Below are positions 24,663 through 35,896 of a DNA stretch of 41,067 nucleotides, piece after piece (within the stretch, counting starts at the first letter, position 1; each line of letters opens with the position of its first letter). The DNA is taken from the NCBI RefSeq assembly GCF_001194135.2, contig NC_068983.1:101777854-101818920 (forward strand), written 5' to 3'. Made by a program: the position numbers and the translations under genes. Below the pieces are notes generated by a model. The model was not told the origin of the DNA. It was given only the letters and a program-made list of their open reading frames with translations, and searched no databases. Source of the DNA: Octopus bimaculoides (lineage: Eukaryota).

Positions 24663-25061
24663 GAGCATCAAAACATTGTCATGTATTTTACAAACCACTT
24701 CGGTGGAATGATTGTAATGATAGTATGCTCTTTACCATATCATTTGACATCAAATATTTTAAAATGAAAATATTAATGTAATTCATTACATATTTCTAGA
24801 GAAAATATATAAGATAGCTTTTAAAAATGCTCTTGGCACCTGTTTGTTGTGGTCTGATTTCATCAAAAGCATTGGTTACTTAAATTAGTATTTTTAATCA
24901 AATATTACTTGTTTGCTTTTAATACAACATAACATTTTTCTTTCTGCTTACCCATTTTATTGATATAAATTTTACTCAACTAAACCAAAGATTTTAAAAA
25001 ATTTATGGTAGCTTGTGTTTTCTCTTCACCCTGTATCATGGAAACTTTTAACTAAGACACC

Positions 25062-25064
<3 letters not shown>

Positions 25065-25123
<59 letters not shown>

Positions 25124-25137
25124 GAGAGAGAGAGAGA
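25065..25137. repeat. (TG)n(GA)n compound microsatellite
   Basis: Direct observation. Confidence 0.95.
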
Positions 25138-25419
25138 AAAAGAAAGTCTGCATGTATATTTTTTCTCTGTGTGTATCTTGGCCATTACTCTGGAACAGTA
25201 TATTCTTAAGTTAGCTTCTTTCTTCACCAAACCTGTCATGAATAAAATATGATCTCTTTGATAGGCAGTTCTACATTCACAAATAATATCCCACCATTAA
25301 GCCCATGTTCTTAGACTGTTTTTTCTTCTAATTTTAAATTAACTTCTGCTCTTTTCAATATGTGGTCCCACATAAACACCTACTTCTCTTATGTTCATTG
25401 TCTACCTTACCTTATAGAC

Positions 25420-25560
25420 TTTATACCAAACATTTTACCCATACTTTCTTCTCTAGAACATTAACCTGTTGGAATCCTTACCAACATTATCCACTAATTT
25501 GCAGCATTTCATACTGACCATTAACAACACTGACCTCATTCATCTCTTATCTTGTGTAGG
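25420..25560 (+). mobile_element. Possible CR1/Jockey-like LINE C-terminal remnant
   Basis: FTHTFFSRTLTCWNP resembles the SFFPRT..LWN.LP terminal motif. Confidence 0.35.
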
Positions 25561-26147
25561 ATAGCCTAAAAGGTCATAAACATTTCTTTGTCTTCAGTTT
25601 GACTTCAGTGATTTAATCTTTTTGAACACTACATCTAGTAGACAGTGCATTAGTGCAATAATTAAGATATCTGTGCATTATATCTGCAAAATAAAAGTTT
25701 GAAATCTGAAACTCTGGACACAATGTTACAGAATAAATTTCCTTTCAACAAGCCATATGGGCCACATTAACTTATCTTGAATTGTCTTGAATGATAACTT
25801 ATGACCAATCTTTATTTTAAATCTAAAAGTAGATAAACAAATGACACAGGAATTCAGTAGTAAGAAAAAAAAATAGCACAGTTTTAGTTAATAAATTTAG
25901 AACGAGACCTCTCTAATGGCTAAAGTTCTTATATATAAAGCTTTTCTACATGGAATGATTGTAATGATAGTATGCTCTTTACCATATCACTTGACATCAA
26001 ATATTTTAAAATGAAAATATTAATGTAATTCATTACATATTTCAAGAGATGGCTTTTAAAAATGTTCTTGGTACCTGTTTATTTTGGTCTGATTTCATCA
26101 AAAGCATTGAGTCTAAATTGTCAATGAATTTTAAAACAAAAAAATGG

Positions 26148-26152
26148 TATTA

Positions 26153-26200
<48 letters not shown>

Positions 26201-26215
26201 GTTATTATTATTATT
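26148..26215. repeat. (TTA)n microsatellite just upstream of the Ack exon acceptor
   Basis: About 22 TTA units with two interruptions, ending ~83 nt before the AG at 26297-26298. Confidence 0.95.
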
Positions 26216-26317
26216 CAATTGAATTGAATGAAATTCAGTGCATCAATACTTGTATGGAAATATTATTCTCTTTATTTCTGTATTTTCATTTGTTTCAGTG
26301 TTGGTGGCAGCCACAAT

Positions 26318-26427
26318 ATGAATATGAATGAAGACAGCGACAGTCAAGAATGGCTCTATGAATTATTGGCCGAAGTACAACTTGAACAATTTTACACTAA
26401 ACTAAGAGATGATCTTCAGGTCACAAG
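26318..26427 (+). CDS. TNK2: Probable first coding exon of activated Cdc42-associated kinase (Ack/TNK2-like), N-terminal half of the SAM domain
   Basis: MNMNEDSDSQEWLYELLAEVQLEQFYTKLRDDLQVT(R) matches the Ack-family start WL.ELL.EVQL.QF...RDDL.VTRL.HF. Acceptor TTTTCATTTGTTTCAG (exon starts 26299); donor AG|GTTAGT at 26428, phase 2 within the Arg codon. Confidence 0.92.
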
Positions 26428-28877
26428 GTTAGTGCTTTTTGTAACCTTTTATATCCCTAGCAAGGCCAAACAATAGTGGCTATTTGTCAAATGGTAAGAA
26501 GTCAGAAGCCTATAATTAAGAAACTAAGCTAGTGATTAGTTACATGTAGTTAATTTATGTAGACAGTGCTAAAAAGTAAATATTGGGGAATTTTAGGAAT
26601 TTGAATATATTCTTTATTTATTATTAAGTTCTATAAATAATTCTTTGAATTTGTATCTCATCAGCATCATCAATATTTTTTATCCATTTTTCCAAATCAG
26701 CAGTATGATATATTTCTATGTATCATAATGGGTTTCTTCTCATTCCACCAAATGCGCTTATGATAAGTGTATACTAACTGTTTACTTCATGTGTACCTTA
26801 GATTACCTGTTCTGCTGCACCTTTTGCCACCAATTCCTTGAACTTTTTCATCTTAGTATTTGTTATCTACTAGCATTATATTTTTATGTGACCTTTGTTG
26901 TTACCAGTGTCTTCATTGCCCTCTTATTTACTCTCAACATTTTTTGTAATTTACCTTTTTGTATCAAATGGACCATACTCAACATTATTTAGTGCCATCT
27001 TTTACAAATAGCTGATCTATTTTGTTTTGCATACAGAAAGAAAAATATTTTAGTGCTAACTGAGCTGTTTTCTGAATTTCTTGTCCTATTGTTCCCTCTG
27101 TATTATACTATCCCCTAATCTGCCTTCCACATCAAATATATAATTTATGTAATAACTTTCTTGTGAGCTGTGATCTTCATGTGATGAAAACTCATCTTTT
27201 TAACTATTTAGTCAATTAACACACTTGTAGTTTTGGTTACTTGTTGGTCTGCCAGAGATCCTATTACATCTTTTATACTTTCACTATTCTGCCATCATAT
27301 GGAGTGCCAGTTTAGTTATTTTACTTTCACTAATTGTACCTGTAACATGGTATTGAGTTTTCTTTCTTATTCTTTTCTTACATACCAAGTAAACTATTTT
27401 TTCTAAAACTTCTTTTTAAGTCAATCACTTTTTTTAATGGGAACATAAGAAAGAAAGAAAAATAGGATTCATGATCAATATCCACACTAGATTATCCTTT
27501 TTGTTATTTATAGTTAGAGAGGAAAGGCAATGTGAAAGAACCTTTACAAACCCTTCAAGACTAAGTGGCAGGAAGAAGGAGAGAAGGAAGATGGTGTCCT
27601 CAAACTTTTGGTTTTAATTAATTGTTGATATAAATTTTTGAAGCAGGGACTTGTCATCTGTTCACACTTTTACTACAGCCATTCTGTTGCTCTTTTCTCA
27701 GTCTATCTGGAGGAAAACAAGTTCTACTCTTGCTTGAAAGTTGAGTAGTTATAGTGGTAATAACAAATACTATAAGAACACTTTATCCAGCAATATGCAA
27801 ATGTTATATGTTATTCTTCTTGTACTAGAACAAATGGTTAAAAAAAAAAACAAGCATACTAGAAAATACTTTACAACTGAAAACCTCCTATACTTTATCA
27901 AAATATATTCCTATCTAGTGCCTACATATCTGGAACATCATACATAGTATCTGCCAAAATTTTCTCTACTGTGCAAGTCTTCATTCGCAAATATTCACCA
28001 GACATTTACCAATTGTTCATCTGTCTTTTTTCTTTTTCTACTAACTATAACAATCTCTGATTTATTAAACTTGCTAACTGTATGCTATCCTAGTTGTACC
28101 TAACTCTCACAGCTTCTGAACTCTTTTCTCCTTTTTTTCCCCCTCTTTCCCAGAACACTTCCCTATGGTATTTCCATCTTTGCATTTGTTTTCCTTCTAA
28201 CTATTACTGTGCAACAGTTCAAAAATTAATATAGATAATATTAAACTCATTTTGTCTAACTAGTTCTTGAAAAAGTTATTGAGTACTACCTCTTTTTAAA
28301 TTACTAAAAACACTTTCAAAGAATGTAAAATTTGTTTCAATATATTTTATTAAATATGGTTATGAAATATGACAGTGCCATTATAGCTCTATAATAGTTT
28401 GTTATTCTTTAGAATTTTATTTATCTGATTGTTTAAAAACAGATGTTCATTACTCTTGTGACCAGTATATTTTTAGAAGGATTTCAAAGAAATTCATTGT
28501 TTGTTGTGTGATTCCTGCATAATTTATGAAAATTATTTTGCTGCATATTTTGAGGAAAAAAAAAAGATCTAACCATGATTGTCTTCCCCCTCCACCCTCC
28601 ACCCTGTTACAGGTTGGATAGATCTACATGGTTTTTTTGTTGGCATTTCTGCTGTAACTACTACTTCATACTACTGATCCAGATATTTCTTAAGTTTGCT
28701 TTGTTCTACTTCTACTATAGACATCTTCCCTTACCAGGTCATTCATTCATTTTTTTTTTCTTTTCCATTTGGTATAATACATATCTAATCACATTACATG
28801 ATTATAATAGCCATTATGAGATAATTAGGCTGTCATTTTTTGTGGTTGAAATATGATGCTAATCTTTTTTAAGGATA

Positions 28878-29080
28878 TACTCTTTTATTTGTCACTGGAC
28901 TGTGGCTATCCTTGAAGTACTGCCTTGAAGGATCTGCTAGATCAAATTGACCCTCGTTCTTATTCTTTAGCCTGGTACTTATTCTATTGATGGTTTTTTT
29001 TTTGGGGGGGGGGTCAAACTGCTGAGTTACAGGGATGAAGACAAACTAGCATCAGTTTTCAAATGATGAGAGACAAACAT
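28878..29080 (-). mobile_element. SINE 3' half
   Basis: TGTCACTGGACTGTGGC..CCTTGAAGG..TTGACCCTCGTTCTTATTCTTTAGCCTGGTACTTATTCTAT..AAACTGCTGAGTTAC..GAGAGACAAACA. Confidence 0.75.
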
Positions 29081-29575
29081 CCACATGCACACACATGTGC
29101 ATGCATGCACACACACAAGCATGTGCACACACACACACAAGCATGTGCATGCATGCACATACACACGAATACTTTGCTTCATAAAAATTTGTTGGAAATT
29201 AGTGAAGGGTGAAAAATCAAATAATTCACCAATGGTAATGAAATTTGGATCAAAAGGAACTATAAGATTTAAAATAAGCATAATTTTAATATTGGTGTTT
29301 ATATTCACAATTTAACCTGTCAGTTTTATGAGAATTTATTGAATAAGAAACCAACAAAAAAATTAAAACCATACAAAAAGATGCCTTCTTATAATGTTAG
29401 CTAATGTAAGTGAATATAGCTTATTTGAATAACTTTTGGAGATGCATTTAGTGAATTTGGTAAGAATTGTGACTTTGATAAAATGAGATGAGTAATAAGT
29501 ATACTAGAGATCATGTGATAATATGAACACACACACACATATACATATATATATATTTACATACACACACACACA

Positions 29576-29893
29576 CAGAGCTCCTCAACTTATGGCGTAT
29601 GTGACTAACGACCATCTGCATTTACGACCACAATAAATAAATAAATAAATAAATAATCGATTTTCAGACATTAGGTAGCTACATGTAGGATAACTATGGC
29701 AGCATCTGGTAACGCAGGTCTCCCTCAGACCCAGGCATCCACTGCCTGCCACTGTCTCTCACTCAGTCACTTTGAAGCATCAGTTGTGTTTGAATGAAAA
29801 TAGTGTCGAAAAATATAAATTCAACGTATGACCAGATCGACTTACGACCTGTCAGTTGGAACAGAACTCAGTCCTAAGTTGAGGAGAAGGTTT
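29576..29893. mobile_element. Tigger/pogo-type MITE
   Basis: Imperfect TIRs with the core CTCCTCAACTTA / TAAGTTGAGGAG and internal TTACGACC subterminal repeats, resembling Tigger4/MER46-type ends. TSD obscured by flanking microsatellites. Confidence 0.65.
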
Positions 29894-29895
29894 TA

Positions 29896-29938
<43 letters not shown>

Positions 29939-30108
29939 TTATGTCTGTGTGAGTTAGAGGTTAAGAAACCATCTAAGGGATATTACATATCCAATATACT
30001 ACTGGATGTGTACCTACATATTTTTAACCAAGTGCTTACTATTGCATGGGAATATTGCAATTGAATACTAGGTATGGGTGGGGGTAAATTGGAAATTTAC
30101 CCAGGATT

Positions 30109-30476
30109 TATAAGGGAAATAAGAAAATGGAGAGGATAAACAATCGACAAACATCAGCCAGTAAACATTCAATTATATCATTGTCTGATCTCTGTCCAAT
30201 GTTTGTTCATCCCTGTATATCACTGACGTGATGAGAATGACTTGGAAGATTTTGATGCCTCATGGTAGAAACGGCCGTAAGGGATTTGTATCATCTATTA
30301 TTATTCATTTATTTCTATATATATATATCCGTTTACGTATTTATTGGCTGATTTCATTTGTTTACTTGTATCACTTAAACACATGTTTGTAATTGATTAG
30401 TAAATAGATATATTGAATGTTTACTGGCGGATGTTTGTTGATTGTTTATCCTCTCCATTTTCTTATTTGTCTTATA
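30109..30476. mobile_element. Fold-back element with ~70-bp inverted arms and an internal hammerhead-like motif
   Basis: Arms 30109-30179 / 30407-30476 differ by 4 substitutions and 1 indel. GAAACGGCCGTA at 30268-30279. Confidence 0.75.
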
Positions 30477-30490
30477 TATATATATATACA

Positions 30491-30863
30491 GATGATGGAA
30501 GATACAAGAATGTTTATTGATCACTACAATTGTTTCAACCCATCTAGCATCAATCCCTCATGGTTGAGATACTGAACAACTGGTCTAGGAGTATACATTG
30601 GTGTAGATGTGTCTCTTCCAGTGATTACAAGATGTATTTCTTTAAAATAATACTTGTTCTGCAAGTTTACTTCTCAATATTTGTATTCAAAAGCAGCAAA
30701 TTAAGGGATACAGCTTCATTACTATGGAAGATCTATAAAAATGAGATGCAAAAAGATACATATACGCAATACAGTTGTTCAGTATCCCACCCATGAGGTA
30801 TCAATTCTACATGAGTTGAAACAATTCTAGTGATCAATAAATATTCTCGTATCTTTCATCTTC
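30491..30863. mobile_element. Fold-back element with 92-bp inverted arms
   Basis: Arms 30491-30582 / 30772-30863 match 79/92 without gaps. Each arm carries GAAACAATT(G/C)TA. Confidence 0.75.
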
Positions 30864-31394
30864 CGTCTCTCTCATTAATCAAATGCTCAATGAACACTGT
30901 GAAACTGAGTGTGCTTTACCAGTAAACTACCAGGTTTATACCTTACAATTTATTGCCTAATAATAATAACTATATTTATTTATATATATATATATNNNNN
31001 NNNNNNNNNNNNNNNNNNNNNNNNNNNNNNNNNNNNNNNNNNNNNNNNNNNNNNNNNNNNNNNNNNNNNNNNNNNNNNNNNNNNNNNNNNNNNNNNNNNN
31101 NNNNNNNNNNNNNNNNNNNNNNNNNNNNNNNNNNNNNNNNNNNNNNNNNNNNNNNNNNNNNNNNNNNNNNNNNNNNNNNNNNNNNNNNNNNNNNNNNNNN
31201 NNNNNNNNNNNNNNNNNNNNNNNNNNNNNNNNNNNNNNNNNNNNNNNNNNNNNNNNNNNNNNNNNNNNNNNNNNNNNNNNNNNNNNNNNNNNNNNNNNNN
31301 NNNNNNNNNNNNNNNNNNNNNNNNNNNNNNNNNNNNNNNNNNNNNNNNNNNNNNNNNNNNNNNNNNNNNNNNNNNNNNNNNNNNNNNNNNNNNN

Positions 31395-31436
<42 letters not shown>

Positions 31437-31440
<4 letters not shown>

Positions 31441-31560
31441 CATCATCATCATCATTTAGCGTCCGCTTTTCGTGCTAGCATGAGTTGGACGATTTGACTG
31501 GGGACTGACAAACCAGATGCTACACCAGACTCCAATCTGATCTGGCAGAGTTTCTACAAC
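31437..31560 (-). mobile_element. Family A LINE/SINE 3' tail fragment
   Basis: CATCATCATCATCATTTAGCGTCCGCTTTTCGTGCTAGCATGAG..TCCAATCTGATCTGGCAGAGTTTCTACA. Confidence 0.85.
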
Positions 31561-32974
31561 TATATATATAGACTCTACAGTTAGTATACTGAGTTAGCAA
31601 GAAACAGACTTGAGAGTTGGAAGCCTCATTGATTTGATTATGCATGTTGAAGATGTATGATGTTGTATTGGAGACTCAGCTAGCCATGTCAGAATAGTAG
31701 AATATTAAACTGGTAATAATGATCATGATAATGATAGTGGTAGTGATGAACAGTGTGCATATTAGTTAGATGAGGAGGGACCAGTGATCATACCTTTTGC
31801 AAGCTCTCCCAGACTAACAAGATTAATCTGGTTGATATTCTAGTTTAGTTTGAACATGTAACTGAGGATATTAGCTGGGAAAATGTAAGGTGAGAGAGAA
31901 TTCTAGAGGGAGGCTTCCCAGAGAAGAAGGATTGTTTAATGTGAGATCTGTAAGGTGAAACACAGTAGGGAGGAAAGGAAAGGAGATGAAAGTGTCTGTT
32001 ATGCTAGCTAGCTATCCTTTGAAATGGTTTCACTTACTAATGCCCTTGGGAAAAACTATGAATATTATAATTTCCCACTTTCTTTCCTTTTGGCTTAATG
32101 TCTAATTAAAAAAAACAAAAAACAAACAAACACGGTGGTGCACCAGCATGACCGCAGCCACTTGGCTGAAACACATAAATAAATAAATAAATAAATAAAT
32201 AAAAAAACAAATAAAAATCTCCCCTTCCCTAAATTCTTCTTTTCATCATCTCTCTTCCTTTCCTTCTTTCTCTTTACACTCCTCTTTTTCTTCCTCTGTC
32301 TTTGATGAGTAGTGTGTCGTCTCCCAACCATCATACTTCCCAATTACATTAGATAGAATTTCAAGCCATTTCACATATTCTTTCTTGTAAAAATATTAAA
32401 AAGAAAAAGAAAAGACAAACCCCATTAAAGTGTCAATTAGCAATTGTCCACCTGTTTGTCTATATATTTGCCTATCTATCTGTTTATATCTCACTGTCTT
32501 TCTCTGTTCTCTCTTCCCCCCCCTCTCTCTCTAATTAAGGGCAACTAAGGCAGAGATTGAAGGTAGTGGTGGTGGAAGAGAATAGCTATGGAGTGTCATG
32601 TTCCTCTGCCAGATGAATCACATTAGTTGTCATTGCTTTGAATTGTTAAGTTTTCTTCTGAACACATTGTTGTAGGAATGTGTGTGTGTGTGTGTGTGTG
32701 TGTTGTTTGGTTGTTTTCAACTGAGTAATGAATCTTGTCAGCTCTGCTGCTACCACTAATACTAGCTACAAAAAAAAAGAAAAAAAAAAGAAACTGTCTA
32801 TTGTGGTAAAAAAAAAGAGTAAAGAGAGACAGAAAGTAATACCTAATAGTAACAACAAAACATTACTCCTTACTACTCAGTAAATCTGCTGTTCTGCAAC
32901 AACTTGTTTCCTTGATAGCTGCCTTACTTGTAAAGATAGTCTCTTACTGAGAATAAATATATTATTATAAGTTT

Positions 32975-33475
32975 AGGTTCCTGTAATTTAGCGATTTGGC
33001 AAAGGAGACTGATAGAATAAATACCACAAAAAAAAAAAAAAGTACTGGGTTGATTTGTTCAACTAATTATTATTATTATGGCTGGGTTCCAATCTGGGTC
33101 GCTGCAACAAAATCTGCCTTCTGCACTTGGTCCAACATCACTATTTTCAGGTCCTGGGCACATTCCAGGCCAATGTCTGCGATCAAGTTGTCAATGTAAG
33201 CATGACGATGATTTTCTCTTCTTACATCACCATGAAGTGGATTCCACAAGACTAATTTGGATGCTTCCAGTTCAGGGTGGCACACACAGTGACCAGATAG
33301 TTGCAGCCATCTTTGCCTGATCTTCTTGCTAACTTTCATCTGGTCTCCATTAAGGCATTCATTTGTCTTATGTTGCTGCCATTTCACATTTAGGGCCATT
33401 TGACTAAAGTTTCAGTGTGATGCCCCAGCATGGCTGCAGTCCAGTGACTGAAACACTTAAATAATAAAAGATTTG
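32975..33475 (+). mobile_element. SINE 3' half split by a LINE insertion
   Basis: TAATTTAGCGATTTGGCAAAGGAGACTGATAGAATAA..GATTTGTTCAACTAA, then the insert, then TTTGACTAAAG..GCCCCAGCATGGCTGCAGTCC..GACTGAAAC. Confidence 0.8.
33067..33398 (-). mobile_element. 5'-truncated RTE-like LINE (family C) with (TAA)n tail and TSD
   Basis: ALNVKWQQHKTNECL..KIRQRWLQLSGHCVCHPELEASKLVLWNPLHG..AYIDNLIADIGLE..IGTQP* followed by a TAA tail. The TSD TTCAACTAA (33058-33066) / TTTGACTAA (33399-33407) is consistent with an ancestral TTCGACTAA. Confidence 0.85.
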
Positions 33476-33789
33476 GTGTACCCCTGGTCATTAACTATTA
33501 TAGAGGAGATGATCTCTTCTAGACTAAGTGAAGGCAGATTTGAAAGTTTTGAATGTTTGAAATTTACATCAAGGAGTAAAGTAGGTGAATAGTGTATACA
33601 CATTTGATATTTCTTTTTTATTTTTTTTTTTGACTTATTATAAAGTTCTTAAAGTTTTTAATTATTAGTAGCCGTATATAGCATTATCTCATCCTTCTTT
33701 GGAATTGTCAGCATGGCATAACTAGAGACAAATTAAGTTAAATTCAATATTTTACGAAATTAAATTTTTCTTATGGAGAAAAAAATATA

Positions 33790-33960
33790 TTCTTTTATTG
33801 ATTTTAGTCATTAGACTGCAGCTATGTTAGGGGCACCACTTATAAAGATTTAATTGATCCCATTGATTTTAATATTTTATCTAACCTGATATATACTATA
33901 CTGGATCTCTATCAAACAGCTAACTTATGGGTCATAAAGTGACACAACATAAACACAATA
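33790..33960 (-). mobile_element. Degenerate SINE 3' half
   Basis: TTAGTCATTAGACTGCAGCTATG..GGGGCACCAC.. as at 14568. Confidence 0.55.
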
Positions 33961-34074
33961 CTGTTTTTTTTTTGTTTTTGTTAAAGAATTTTTTTTAAAG
34001 CAGAGTAAATTGGTTGGGAACTGCCAGAGGAGACCTGGTAGATATGGACATGGTCTGGGAGCAGGCTTACCATC

Positions 34075-34197
34075 TTGAGATCTGCCCCCACTACATCATT
34101 CCATGTTTTTCTGGGTCTCCTTTTCCCACTAGTTTCATTCATGTTGAATGATCAGCACTTCCTTACACACCTGTCTTCATCCATACATATCACATGA
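34075..34197 (-). mobile_element. RTE C-terminal fragment (family A-like)
   Basis: Reverse strand reads HVICMDEDRCVRKC*..RRPRKTWNDVVGADLKMVSL. Confidence 0.75.
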
Positions 34198-34204
34198 CAA
34201 AACC

Positions 34205-34272
34205 TGCCTCAATAAATTCTGTTTAACCCATGCAAGCATAGAAACAGTGAATGCTCAATGATGATGATGATG
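34205..34272 (+). mobile_element. Short family A-type tail
   Basis: AACCCATGCAAGCATAGAAAC..AATGATGATGATGATG. Confidence 0.6.
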
Positions 34273-34289
34273 TATGTACATACAGGTAG

Positions 34290-34327
<38 letters not shown>

Positions 34328-35807
34328 NNNNNNNNNNNNNNNNNNNNNNNNNNNNNNNNNNNNNNNNNNNNNNNNNNNNNNNNNNNNNNNNNNNNNNNNN
34401 NNNNNNNNNNNNNNNNNNNNNNNNNNNNNNNNNNNNNNNNNNNNNNNNNNNNNNNNNNNNNNNNNNNNNNNNNNNNNNNNNNNNNNNNNNNNNNNNNNNN
34501 NNNNNNNNNNNNNNNNNNNNNNNNNNNNNNNNNNNNNNNNNNNNNNNNNNNNNNNNNNNNNNNNNNNNNNNNNNNNNNNNNNNNNNNNNNNNNNNNNNNN
34601 NNNNNNNNNNNNNNNNNNNNNNNNNNNNNNNNNNNNNNNNNNNNNNNNNNNNNNNNNNNNNNNNNNNNNCCAAGGTGGCAAACACAAACCAAGACAGGAA
34701 AAAATGGACAGTGAAAACAACATTCAAAAGCCATACGGCCAAACGCAAATCTGAGGTAGAACGCTAGTAGTTCGTCTTGCCTTCACAGCGGCTGGAGTGA
34801 AAAGAAAGTTGACCACAGGTCACACGAGAGCAGAGAGGATGGTGGAGGGAGGAAATGGAACAAGGAGGAAGGGACAGAAGCAGTGAAGTAGAGGCCAGGA
34901 CAGAAGGGTAGATAGGAAGATAGAGGAAGACAGATAGATAAATAGATAGAGAGGATGGTGGAGGATATATATATATATATATATATAGATGCATAAATAT
35001 GTACAGTTTTGTATGGACTGAGTGTATTCAACAAATTTTATTCTGGCTAATCCCCTTTATTCATACCACTAACGTCATAAAAGGAATTCTTCCTTTTGTC
35101 TTTTGTTGACCTCATCAATTTCATGGCTGAGTTCAGGTGTAGCTTTTCTTATCTGCTACTGAGAAGATGTCTATCAGAATTATGCTAGAAATGAATACAA
35201 ACCACTTGATTTTGCTGGTTTATTTTCTTACCTTACATTCTGACTTACATAGCTTCTCTAAGTGCTATTAGCACCTGGTCTTTCTCTGCTTGATTGTTAT
35301 GTCTTTTTGCTTTTATTTTTATCATTCTTTTCCTTTTTTAAAAAAAATCCTCACATTTTAACTTTAAAAAAATTACTTTGACAGGAAGTAACTGAATTAA
35401 AAAGAAAAAAAACTTACATTATGTCTCTGTCTTGTAATGTAAATGAATTGGAAAACAATTAGAGTGCTACAATTGCTTCAAGAAGGAAAAGGCCAAGTTC
35501 AATACATGTCAAAAAGTGCACTATCTGCTGTTAAGTAAGGAAGTAAACTATTGCCGGCCCACATTGCAAGGTGATTTTAATGACTGATTGAAAGTTATTT
35601 CATTTATGATGTTTATGACACTGAGAAAGGCATGAACATTGGACAAAGATTTCATATTTTAGGGAGAGAGATTTAATAGTATTCAGTAAAAAGGGAATTA
35701 TTGTATTTGGTAAGGCAAAGGAGAATAAAGCAAAGGTACTACATGTGAGATAATGTCAATTAATTAACCGTATAAAAACTAGTAATATAGTTAAGATTTT
35801 GTATCCA

Positions 35808-35822
35808 TCTCTCTCCCTCTCT

Positions 35823-35859
<37 letters not shown>

Positions 35860-35896
35860 GCACACACACACACACATACACACACACACACACATA
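35808..35896. repeat. (CT)n(CA)n compound microsatellite
   Basis: Direct observation. Confidence 0.95.

Larger units (their letters stand above)
24704..26109 (+). repeat. Local direct duplication: 24704-24874 (171 bp) and 25951-26109 (159 bp)
   Basis: TGGAATGATTGTAATGATAGTATGCTCTTTACCATATCA.TTGACATCAAATATTTTAAAATG..GGTCTGATTTCATCAAAAGCATTG occurs twice, with a few substitutions and one ~12-bp indel. Confidence 0.88.
1591..34669. other. Assembly gaps at 1591-1600, 4129-4528, 15166-15217, 17479-18022, 19818-19932, 21429-21438, 30996-31394 and 34328-34669
   Basis: N runs, most of them flanked by microsatellites. Confidence 0.99.

Noticed and set aside
26228-26476. Whole 82-aa ORF as a protein
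   Set aside because: Only 26318-26427 is Ack-like. The flanks read through the acceptor and donor into intron.
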